Shown here piece by piece: positions 39,578 to 47,749 of a DNA stretch of 62,246 bases. A program made the position numbers and the translations under genes. The notes below the pieces were generated by a model, which ran no database searches, was not told where the DNA came from, and worked only from the letters and a program-made list of their open reading frames with translations. The DNA comes from Fimbriimonadales bacterium (lineage in GTDB: Bacteria; Armatimonadota; Fimbriimonadia; Fimbriimonadales; ATM1), in NCBI GenBank assembly GCA_041744215.1, contig JBGTLG010000020.1:1-62246 (forward strand). Reading direction: 5' to 3'. Numbering within the stretch: position 1 is the first letter of the stretch; every line of letters starts with the position of its first letter.

Positions 39578-40097
39578 CTGCACGCCACCGTGTTTCTTGC
39601 TGTTCCTCCGCTTCGCCCCTTTGAGCCTTGACGAAGCCAGTGCGGTCATTTATGCTTATCGTTAGTTGATCATCGCCTCGAGCATTGTTGTATGTGAAAG
39701 CTCCACCTGTCGTGCTTCCGTCTGGATAGAACATGACTATCAGATCGTCACCCGAAACCGAACCCCCTGGCGCTATTCTTTCAGCGAGGCTGTAGCCGCG
39801 CGGTGCGGACATCGAATTCAACTCGCGGGCACCTTCCACGTCGACACTCTCACCGATCTCCGTGGTTAGTCGGCCTTCAACATCGACGCGCAATACGACC
39901 GGAACTCCACGCAGCACCGCCGTTTCTTTCGCGGTCCGCACGAATGAAACCATACGGCGCAAGTCACCCCGCTCAGTCGCGCTGTCTGACTGCTGAAACA
40001 TCCGCGGCGCGACGATCGCCGCGATCAGGGCGATCATCGTGACTACGATGATAAGTTCGAGGAGCGTAAAGCCCCGACGACTACTCTTCTTCGCCAT
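39555..40097 (-). CDS. gspH: Minor pseudopilin GspH
   Basis: RRG|FTLLELIIV; FYPDGSTTGG; start set at ATG 40097. Confidence 0.8.
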   Translation of the reverse strand: MAKKSSRRGFTLLELIIVVTMIALIAAIVAPRMFQQSDSATERGDLRRMVSFVRTAKETAVLRGVPVVLRVDVEGRLTTEIGESVDVEGARELNSMSAPRGYSLAERIAPGGSVSGDDLIVMFYPDGSTTGGAFTYNNARGDDQLTISINDRTGFVKAQRGEAEEQQETRWRAGELERRT

Positions 40098-40521
40098 CGA
40101 CGATATCCATCGCGCCCCCTTCGCCGCCGGGTGCCCCATCTGAGCCATATGACATCAGCAGGAAAGTATCTTCTGCCCCGCTCGGACCGGGATATTCGTA
40201 GATGTACTCGCCTCCCCACGGGTCCGTCGGAATTGGCTTGGTCGTATAAGGACCACGCCAGTTTCGGATGTCTGAGGGGGGGGTGCGTAAGGCGTTGAGT
40301 CCCTCTTCCGTCGTTGGGAATCGATCCGTGTCGACGCGGAATTGCTGCAGCAAGCCGCTAAGCGTCGCGATGTCGCTGGCCGCTTTCGCGCGTTTTGCGT
40401 CATCTGTTCTACCGACGACTCGCGGCACGATGAGTGCTGCGAGAATTGCCAAAATCAAGATGACAACAAGCAATTCAATCAAGGTAAATGCTCTTCGAGT
40501 TCGCTTCATTCTATTCTCCAT
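40081..40521 (-). CDS. gspG: Major pseudopilin GspG
   Basis: RA|FTLIELLVV; FPTTEEGLNAL, WRGPY, DPWG..YIY.YPG, SYGSDGAPGGEG. Confidence 0.94.
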   Translation of the reverse strand: MENRMKRTRRAFTLIELLVVILILAILAALIVPRVVGRTDDAKRAKAASDIATLSGLLQQFRVDTDRFPTTEEGLNALRTPPSDIRNWRGPYTTKPIPTDPWGGEYIYEYPGPSGAEDTFLLMSYGSDGAPGGEGGAMDIVDGEEE

Positions 40522-40524
40522 ACT

Positions 40525-41733
40525 TTATTTTACGAGGTTCTGAGCCTGGTATATCGGCAGTAGCACCGATAGAACAACGAAACCAACAAAGGTTCCCATT
40601 ACGAGGACGATTACCGGCTCTACGAGGGCTGTCAGCCTTCGCATTCCGTTGTCAACCTCAAAGTCAAGGCTATCGGATACGCGCGAAAGCATCTTTGGAA
40701 GGTCGCCCGTCTCTTCGCCAATTGCAACCATGTGGGTCAAAACGGGAGGAAACGCGCCAGCGTCTCGCATCGCATCGGCGATCGAACGACCCTCGCGAAC
40801 ATCCTCGCGGACCAATTCACTCCGTTTCGCAAAAAGCTTGTTGCCCGCCGCAAGCCCAGCCAAGTGCAGCGATTCGAGAATGGGAACGCCACCATAAACA
40901 AGCATTCCCAAAACCCGCGCATACCGCGACACAATCGCCTTCTGGATCACCTTTCCGACCAAGGGGAGACTGAGCAACATCGTGTCACGCGTCAAGCGCC
41001 CCGCCGGAGTCGCTACCCATGCTCGGTAAGCCACATATGCACCGATGAGCACGCCAAGGATAACAAGCCCATTACCCGAAAGGAAATCCGTACTCGAAAG
41101 CAACAGCTGCGTCGTGAGAGGAAGGTCGCCGCCGAGGTCTGCGAAGACCCCCGACAGGCGAGGGACAACAAACATCAGCAAGAAGACAACGACGCCGACT
41201 GCGACAAACGTCAAGACTGCAGGATAGATCATCGCAGAGACAATCTCGCTTCGGCGCGCGACCTCCAGTTCTTGGAACTCCGCGAGCTTGCTTGCAACCT
41301 CAGGAAACTGTCCGCTCGCTTCTCCCGCACGAAGTGTTTCCGTAAACACTTCGCTAAAATACTTCGGATGCTGTGCGAGCGCTTCCGATACGGGCATGCC
41401 GCCTCGCACCGACTCGAGCACTTCTAAAGAGATGTCAGTCAGTACTGCATTTTCAGATTGCTCAGAGATAACTTGGAGCACCCGATCAAGTGGAAGGCCC
41501 GCGGCGGCAAGGTCTGCAAGTCGGCGGGTGAAGAGAGCGAGATCGGATCGCGAAACTCTTCCCCTCGCGATTGGCGCGCCTCTCGCCGTACCCGTTTCCG
41601 ACTCCTCGATCTGGACAACAAACTTCCCGTCAGCCGATATTTTGGATATCGCGACTTCGCGTGTCTCTGCGTCGATGTAGCCGGTCTTGCGCTTTCCGAG
41701 TGCGTCAAGCGCAGTATACGCAAACGTGCGCAT
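40525..41733 (-). CDS. gspF: T2SS inner membrane platform protein GspF
   Basis: FAYTALD, LFTRRLA, AGEASG, MIYP, IGEETGDL, LVEP. Confidence 0.93.
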   Translation of the reverse strand: MRTFAYTALDALGKRKTGYIDAETREVAISKISADGKFVVQIEESETGTARGAPIARGRVSRSDLALFTRRLADLAAAGLPLDRVLQVISEQSENAVLTDISLEVLESVRGGMPVSEALAQHPKYFSEVFTETLRAGEASGQFPEVASKLAEFQELEVARRSEIVSAMIYPAVLTFVAVGVVVFLLMFVVPRLSGVFADLGGDLPLTTQLLLSSTDFLSGNGLVILGVLIGAYVAYRAWVATPAGRLTRDTMLLSLPLVGKVIQKAIVSRYARVLGMLVYGGVPILESLHLAGLAAGNKLFAKRSELVREDVREGRSIADAMRDAGAFPPVLTHMVAIGEETGDLPKMLSRVSDSLDFEVDNGMRRLTALVEPVIVLVMGTFVGFVVLSVLLPIYQAQNLVK

Positions 41734-41736
41734 ACC

Positions 41737-43356
41737 TTAGAAGTCCTCCCGTTGAGCCACACGCAGTACTTCCTCGATCGTCGTCTTGCCTGCGAGAACC
41801 ACATTCTTCCCATCGCCGAGCAAAGTTCTCATACCCTGGTGATCAACTGCGTGTTGCTTCATGACGCTTGCTGATGCGCGATCCACAGTCATGCGTCGAA
41901 TCGTTTCGTCGATAAGCAAGAATTCGAAGAGACCTGCCCTGCGTCGATATCCCGTCCCTTGACACTTGTCGCAGCCCGGGCCACGCATGAGGTTGCCGTT
42001 CCGCGCTTCCTCAACGCTTATGCCAAGCGCCCGAAGCGCATCCTCGGTTTCCATATGCGCCTCAGCACAATGGGAGCAATTCTGCCGAATAAGCCGTTGT
42101 GCTACGACACCGATGAGCGAGCTCGCCGCCAAGTAAGGCTCGACGCCCATGTCGAGCAACCGAGTAACGGCGCCGGCGGCATCGTTGGTATGCAGCGTCG
42201 AGAAGACGAGGTGTCCTGTCAATGCCGCGTGAATCGAAATCTCTGCCGTTTCATGGTCACGAATTTCGCCAACCATGATCACATCAGGGTCTTGACGCAC
42301 GATGCTGCGCAATCCGCTTGCAAACGTCAAACCGATGTTCGGCCTCACCTGAATCTGGCCAATTCCAGGCACCTGGTACTCGACCGGATCTTCAATCGTC
42401 AAGATGTTCGTCGTAGGAGAATATATCTGCTGAAGTGCAGCATACAATGTCGTGGATTTACCGCTGCCAGTCGGACCGGTTACGAGAATGATTCCGTGAG
42501 GTTGCGCGATCAGCTGTCTGAATCTTACGAATGTGTCGCCGGTCATCCCCAAGTCGTGGAGTCCGAGCATTGCGGTCGACTTATCAAGAATACGCATAAC
42601 CGCACGCTCTCCATACACTGTTGGAACGATGGATACACGTACGTCGATTTGTCTGCCTGCGATCTGAATCCTTATTCGGCCATCTTGCGGAAGTCTGCGC
42701 TCCGCAATGTTCATCTCGCCGAGGATCTTCAGTCGTGACACGATTGCTGCGTGCATCCTCTTTGGCGGGCGCATCACATCGTGCAGCATGCCGTCGATAC
42801 GGTATCTGACTTTGACTTCGCGCTCATACGGCTCGACGTGAATATCACTCGCGCCGTCGCGAACCGCCTGGGCGAAAATCAGATTGACCATCTGAACGAC
42901 GGCCGTCTCGCCAGCCATCTTCTGAAGGTCAGCGAGGTCAGTCGAATCGTCGATCTCTGAGTAGCCAGCCTCATCGCCTGGGAGACCCTTCATGATCTCC
43001 TCGATGAAGCGCTCCTCGATTCGCTCTCGGATTATCGTCGGGTCAGCAAGAACAGCGCGAACCGACTTTCCCAAAAGAACGCTTAGGTCATCGACTGCTT
43101 TGAGGCCGGAGGCAGAGCCGATCGCGACAATCAGGACCCCCTCCTCCTCGCCGATGGGAAGAACCTGGTGCTTCAAGGCAAAATCGCCAGGGATCATCTC
43201 CGCCGCGGCGTGATCGACCGCAGTCTCGGCCAGGTCCACTTTAGGCAGCCAGGCGCCCACGCCATTTGCCCCGTTATGGCCGTTCGAACCACCGGCCAAA
43301 AGAACCACGGCTTCGGGATCAGCGCCCGCTCTCTCGGTCGATTCTCTCTCTATCAC
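41737..43356 (-). CDS. gspE: T2SS ATPase GspE
   Basis: ASDIHVEP, AERRLPQDGR, GPTGSGKSTT, TIEDPVE, RQDPDVIMVGEIRD, LTGHLVFSTLHTN, two CxxC. Confidence 0.95.
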   Translation of the reverse strand: MIERESTERAGADPEAVVLLAGGSNGHNGANGVGAWLPKVDLAETAVDHAAAEMIPGDFALKHQVLPIGEEEGVLIVAIGSASGLKAVDDLSVLLGKSVRAVLADPTIIRERIEERFIEEIMKGLPGDEAGYSEIDDSTDLADLQKMAGETAVVQMVNLIFAQAVRDGASDIHVEPYEREVKVRYRIDGMLHDVMRPPKRMHAAIVSRLKILGEMNIAERRLPQDGRIRIQIAGRQIDVRVSIVPTVYGERAVMRILDKSTAMLGLHDLGMTGDTFVRFRQLIAQPHGIILVTGPTGSGKSTTLYAALQQIYSPTTNILTIEDPVEYQVPGIGQIQVRPNIGLTFASGLRSIVRQDPDVIMVGEIRDHETAEISIHAALTGHLVFSTLHTNDAAGAVTRLLDMGVEPYLAASSLIGVVAQRLIRQNCSHCAEAHMETEDALRALGISVEEARNGNLMRGPGCDKCQGTGYRRRAGLFEFLLIDETIRRMTVDRASASVMKQHAVDHQGMRTLLGDGKNVVLAGKTTIEEVLRVAQREDF

Positions 43357-43428
43357 CGGAAGGAATACGTCAATCCGAGTGGAAAGTGCGCCCTAAGGTC
43401 AAAAATGACAGGATTCGAGGCTACAGAC

Positions 43429-45090
43429 TCAAATCCGCGCTCTCCGACCTGCGACGAATACGGCCGATGGGGCCACTTCGCCCCATCTGGTCGACTCCCC
43501 TAAAGCGTCCTGATTTAGGATGACAAAGTCCGCCGCATACCCGACAGCGATCTTGCCGACAATGTCCTCCATGAAGCACGAATACGCGGCTCGCGACGTG
43601 TAGCACTTCAACGCCTCTTGAACCGAGATATTCTCCTGTGTCTGCCAGAGCTTCCCATCCAGCGTCCGTCCGGTCACCGCTGCCTCGATCCCTAAGAACG
43701 GGTTTATCGTCACAACGGGCCAATCCGATCCGAACGCGACTTGCACACCTGCGCCGAGAAGGGACTTGTAGGCGTACGACGACCTGCACCGCTCCTCGCC
43801 AATGTAATCCTCTGCGTACCTGCCGTCGTCTGCCTTATGAAAAGGCTGCATTGATGCAATGACGCCGTACTGTGCGAATCTCTGTATGTCTTCAGGCGAA
43901 AGGTGTTGAGTGTGCTCGCTCCGATGCCTTGCCGCCCGCAACCGCTCTATGTCCTTCAACAGTTCGCTGCCAGCGCGAGACCCACGATCGTAAAAAGCAA
44001 GCAGGCGCGAAAGCAGTTCACTGTTAGCTTGATCGCCAATGCAATGCACGATTACCTGCAATCCGTGCGCGATGGCAACTCGCGCGTTTCGATCGAACGT
44101 GCCATCGTCAAGGATGGGCATCGGCAAGCCGCGCCAGTCCGGGTTGTCGTCAGGATTGTTTAGAAATGGCGCCCTCATCCATGCAGTCCGCGAACCCAAG
44201 CTGCCGTCGAAGTACGCCTTGAATCCGCCGATTGTGATCCATTCTTCTTTGCCCTCAAATGCTTTCGCAATTGCCGAGGCCCCAACCCAATCATTCGTCG
44301 TCGGATACAAGACAAACCTGCAACTCAGGTCATCGTCTTCTGCGAGCCTCTTATAAATGCCGATGTCTGCAAATCCGGGGATGTCGCAAACTGTCGTGAT
44401 GCCGTTCCGATTCGCTTCCCTGATTGCGGTTCGCAGCGCCTGATACTTGTCTTCGGGTGTCGCCGCCGGAATGTGCCGGGTGACCAAAGACATCGCAGTC
44501 TCTCGCAGGATTCCAGTGGGCTCCTTTGTTGCTGGATCGCGGTCGATAACGCCTCCAGGAGGATCGGGCGGGCCGTCTTTGTCGATTCCCGCAATCCTCA
44601 GCGCCGCGGAATTGGCGAGGCCGGAATGCCCATCCATTCGTGATAGGTAGAGCGGGCGATCGCCTGTCGCGGGATCGACCCATTCCTTCGTTGGCTGTTC
44701 CGGCTCCACCCAGCTCTCGACGGACCATCTGCCGCCAACAACCCATTTGCCTTCGGGCAACGTCTTCGCCCACGCTTCGACGCGACGAACGAAGTCCGCT
44801 TTGCTCGTCGCCTGCCGCAGTTGTATCTGAGAAAGGCTCATGCCCCCGTTCAGCATGTGGACATGACTGTCAATCAGGCCAGGGATCAAAGCCTTGCCGC
44901 CTGCGTCAATCTTCTCAGTTTCAGGTCCGACCAGCCCCTCGGTCGAGTTACCGACGTACAAGAACTTGCCGCCGCGTACGGCGACAACGCTGGCTCGCTC
45001 CTCCAGACCGTCGCTCCAAACAGCGGCATTCTCGATGACGAGGTCCGCAGGCTGATACCAAAGGAATAATCCAACAATAAGGCCAACCAT
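43429..45090 (-). CDS. Amidohydrolase (YtcJ-like, amidohydrolase_3)
   Basis: PGLIDSHVH, KAYFDGSLGSRTA, HCIGDQAN, RSEHTQ, FGSDWPV; start set at ATG 45090. Confidence 0.9.
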   Translation of the reverse strand: MVGLIVGLFLWYQPADLVIENAAVWSDGLEERASVVAVRGGKFLYVGNSTEGLVGPETEKIDAGGKALIPGLIDSHVHMLNGGMSLSQIQLRQATSKADFVRRVEAWAKTLPEGKWVVGGRWSVESWVEPEQPTKEWVDPATGDRPLYLSRMDGHSGLANSAALRIAGIDKDGPPDPPGGVIDRDPATKEPTGILRETAMSLVTRHIPAATPEDKYQALRTAIREANRNGITTVCDIPGFADIGIYKRLAEDDDLSCRFVLYPTTNDWVGASAIAKAFEGKEEWITIGGFKAYFDGSLGSRTAWMRAPFLNNPDDNPDWRGLPMPILDDGTFDRNARVAIAHGLQVIVHCIGDQANSELLSRLLAFYDRGSRAGSELLKDIERLRAARHRSEHTQHLSPEDIQRFAQYGVIASMQPFHKADDGRYAEDYIGEERCRSSYAYKSLLGAGVQVAFGSDWPVVTINPFLGIEAAVTGRTLDGKLWQTQENISVQEALKCYTSRAAYSCFMEDIVGKIAVGYAADFVILNQDALGESTRWGEVAPSAVFVAGRRARI

Positions 45091-45174
45091 GTTCGTGAAT
45101 GTACCACCGTCTCGGTGGAGGATTCTGGGAACCGGAAGGTGGCAGCCCAGCGTCCGTATCTCTGTACCACCACG

Positions 45175-45768
45175 ATGGGAAGAAGATCGGACGCCCGCCA
45201 ACGTATCGTCGACAGCGCGCTCTCACTGATGAATGAGCGAGGCTATACAGGCGTCGTCGTCGAAGACATCATGCGCTCTGCGAACGTCGGCAAGAGCAGC
45301 TTCTACCACTTCTTTCCAAGCAAGGATGCCCTTGGCGAAGAAGTGATGAAAGAGTACGGCCGCCGATGGGTGGACGAAATTCTCGAAGAGTCATTTGGCC
45401 CTCAGCATGAACCGCTCGATCGGCCATTCATCTTCGTTCAACGATTGGCAAAGCGCATCAAAGAACAGGATCCAATCGAAGGCTTCTGGCCGGCATCGCA
45501 CGCCGCGACGAGCGACGTCGCTACAGAGTCGATGCGAAGCCAAGCCCATGAAGTTTTCTTACTCGCAGAACAGCGATTCTCTGCGGCTTTCCAAGAAGCT
45601 ATCGCCGAACACGACTTGATGCCGAACGCGAATCCTACTGCGCTTGGGAAAGCGTGTGTGGCGTACATCCATGGTCTCATGATGTTGTGCCGCGCAGAGC
45701 AGTCGCCAGATCCAATGCAAGAGCTTGGACCTCTTGTCGCACGCCTCTGGGAACCGTTTCTCGCCTAA
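45175..45768 (+). CDS. TetR/AcrR-family transcriptional regulator
   Basis: RIVDSA..L..ERGY....EDI...ANVGKSSFYHFFPSKDAL. Confidence 0.92.
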   Translation: MGRRSDARQRIVDSALSLMNERGYTGVVVEDIMRSANVGKSSFYHFFPSKDALGEEVMKEYGRRWVDEILEESFGPQHEPLDRPFIFVQRLAKRIKEQDPIEGFWPASHAATSDVATESMRSQAHEVFLLAEQRFSAAFQEAIAEHDLMPNANPTALGKACVAYIHGLMMLCRAEQSPDPMQELGPLVARLWEPFLA

Positions 45769-45811
45769 CCTGCTGAACCCGTAATTTTTGCTTGTTCTCT
45801 CGGAGAATGGG

Positions 45812-45841
45812 TTGACAAGTTAGGCTGCAAACGGGTACTAT
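45812..45841 (+). promoter_or_regulatory. Sigma70-type promoter upstream of the riboswitch
   Basis: TTGACA(45812)-N18-TACTAT(45836), placing the TSS near the aptamer 5' end. Confidence 0.7.
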
Positions 45842-45848
45842 TCACCAA

Positions 45849-45967
45849 CGCCGAATTTGAGCAGCGCTCAAAACGGGGGACCCAAAATCGGGGTGCATTC
45901 CGCGCATTTGCGGAAGGGGTACTTTCGGCCCTAACCCGACAGCTAACCTCGTAGGCCCATCGAAAGA
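45849..45967 (+). promoter_or_regulatory. Cyclic di-AMP (ydaO/yuaA) riboswitch
   Basis: Conserved blocks CGCCGAAT, GGGGGACCC, GGGGTG.AT, CCCGACAGCTAACCTCGTAGGC in order; pseudoknot CTTTCG(45922)/CGAAAG(45961). Confidence 0.88.
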
Positions 45968-46026
45968 GTGTCACATCGTTTTGAACGTGTGTGCACTCCC
46001 GAAAACTCAGGAGGTGTAACGCTACG

Positions 46027-46290
46027 TTGCTCACTCGCAAGGAAATAGGGGAAAGAATGCAGGCAATAGTCTGCTCTAGCTTGCCTACAATAAAAAAAGT
46101 CGCCCGGCTCGTTTCGCTTCGCGACATCATCCTTGGACAGATCCGCAATATTGAGGCGGCGTGCGCTGAGTTGCACGAACACTTTGCATCAGGGACGCTC
46201 GCAAAATTCCACGCACGCCTTCGCAAACTGCGCGACTGCCAAACATTCGTTGACAATTCCATCAATCAGCTGTCTCTGCAACAACAGTAA
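46027..46290 (+). CDS. Small helical hypothetical protein (87 aa) under the riboswitch
   Basis: AGGAGGT at 46009-46015 then in-frame TTG 46027; fills the gap between riboswitch and next gene. Confidence 0.6.
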   Translation: MLTRKEIGERMQAIVCSSLPTIKKVARLVSLRDIILGQIRNIEAACAELHEHFASGTLAKFHARLRKLRDCQTFVDNSINQLSLQQQ

Positions 46291-46347
46291 ATCTGAACGC
46301 AAGCGGCATGCAGGGCCAAATGCGAACAACCGATAGGAGGTATCACA

Positions 46348-46908
46348 ATGGCGACTCTGAAAGTCTATGAAAACGCAGAAAGAGTAAAAGGCGCTGGGAG
46401 CGCTCGAATGCCGATCACCCCGGTCGTGGTCATGCTTTCGGAAAAGGGCGAGAAACGCATGGAGTGCTACACCACCCAGAAAGAGTTTGTCGACTCGCTC
46501 GTTGCGAACGGCGGGTTTGGGTTGTTCGATGTGAAGATTGTTGACGGCGATCGCGAATGTACTGCCATCGTCTCGAAGATCGAAAAGGATAAGGACACGA
46601 AGCGGGTCAACAAGATCGGACTTGCTGAAGTTAGCCAAGGGGATAAGATTCGAATTAATGTGCCGGTAGTTCTTGTTGTGCCAGAGCAAGTACACAAAGG
46701 TGAAGTGCTCGTCATCCGCAATCACCGATTCGTACGCGTGCGCGGCAAGGTGTCAGATATCCCAAAGCAGTTCCGAATCGACGTAACCGGTCGCGATGTG
46801 CCAATGCGTATCTTTGCAAAGGACATCGCCGTTCCTAACGAACTCGAACTCATCACTGATGAGGAGGAAGTTCTCTACGTCCTCACGATGCCGTCGAAAG
46901 ACAACTGA
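46348..46908 (+). CDS. Divergent ribosomal protein bL25/Ctc paralog
   Basis: AGGAGGT RBS; C-terminal TL5-like domain INVPVVL...VRVRG..DIP..F.IDV.....IFAKDI.VP..LELITD; N-terminal L25 pattern with altered key residues. Confidence 0.75.
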   Translation: MATLKVYENAERVKGAGSARMPITPVVVMLSEKGEKRMECYTTQKEFVDSLVANGGFGLFDVKIVDGDRECTAIVSKIEKDKDTKRVNKIGLAEVSQGDKIRINVPVVLVVPEQVHKGEVLVIRNHRFVRVRGKVSDIPKQFRIDVTGRDVPMRIFAKDIAVPNELELITDEEEVLYVLTMPSKDN

Positions 46909-46931
46909 ACCTACACCGACGAAAGGGATCA

Positions 46932-46965
46932 GGCCCGCCGAGTTCGACCAAGACCTCGGCGGGCC
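46932..46965. terminator. 11-bp hairpin between the convergent bL25-like gene and tRNA
   Basis: GGCCCGCCGAG-N12-CTCGGCGGGCC. Confidence 0.55.
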
Positions 46966-46984
46966 GAGTAGTTTGGGGTTTACA

Positions 46985-47060
46985 TGGTGCGCGGTACTGG
47001 ACTTGAACCAGTGACCCCTACAGTGTCATTGTAGTGCTCTACCAACTGAGCTAACCGCGC
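46985..47060 (-). tRNA. tRNA-Val(GAC)
   Basis: 76-nt cloverleaf GCGCGGT...AGCTCAGTTGGTAGAGC, anticodon arm CTACA-ATGACAC-TGTAG, GGTTCAAGTCC, encoded CCA. Confidence 0.95.
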
Positions 47061-47121
47061 AGCGGCGAGTATTCTACCATGACAAGACCTGGGTAGACTT
47101 CCCCCGGACGGGATCCCAACG

Positions 47122-47748
47122 ATGGCGAACAACCGAGTAATTCCCCTCCCAACCCTCACACGATTCGCGAATCTCTACCGAGTCCTGACGGAGGCTGAGA
47201 GGGGTGGCGTGAAACACCTCAACAGCGCGCAGTTGGAAGCGCTCTCAGCAATCTCTGCGCCGCAAATCCGCAAAGACCTTAGCCTCCTCGGAGACATGGG
47301 CAAGCCAGGGGTCGGATACGAAGTAAGGCTCCTCCGCAAAGAGATAGGCGCGATCCTCCGCATCGAGCGCGGACACCCGTACGCGCTGATTGGCGCAGGT
47401 CACCTCGGGCGTGCAATCGCTAACTACCCTGGATTCGAAGAGTATGGATTCCAACTAAAAGCGATATTCGATTCAGATTCGAAAAAGGTGGGACAGGCCG
47501 TCAACAACGTCACAGTCGAGCCGAGCGCTTCCATGCCCAAAAGATTGAAGTCGCTGGGGGTGAGAATCGCTGTGCTCACAGTTCCCAAAGAGTCCGCGCA
47601 AGAGGCCGTCGACCTTGCCGTCGAGGGCGGCGTTCGGTGGTTCCTGAACTTCGCGCCAACAAACATTCGTGTACCCGATAACTGCTTAGTTCGCGATGTG
47701 TTCCTGACGCCGGAGTTCGCCATACTCGGTTACTTCACAGAGGACTGA
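47122..47748 (+). CDS. rex: Redox-sensing transcriptional repressor Rex
   Basis: QIRKDLS..G..GKPGVGY, IGAGHLGRAI, AVLTVP, LNFAP. Confidence 0.92.
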   Translation: MANNRVIPLPTLTRFANLYRVLTEAERGGVKHLNSAQLEALSAISAPQIRKDLSLLGDMGKPGVGYEVRLLRKEIGAILRIERGHPYALIGAGHLGRAIANYPGFEEYGFQLKAIFDSDSKKVGQAVNNVTVEPSASMPKRLKSLGVRIAVLTVPKESAQEAVDLAVEGGVRWFLNFAPTNIRVPDNCLVRDVFLTPEFAILGYFTED

Positions 47749-47749
47749 A

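Noticed and set aside
43000-43356. c-di-GMP-binding MshEN motif in GspE
   Set aside because: Only the second part of the N-terminal domain is present; no RLGxxL motifs
31640-43430. T2SS operon as an island integrated at the tmRNA 3' end
   Set aside because: No integrase, no duplicated ssrA 3' end seen, and no obvious compositional shift
45765-46265. 166-aa minus-strand ORF
   Set aside because: Overlaps the riboswitch and the SD-led plus-strand ORF; no family signal
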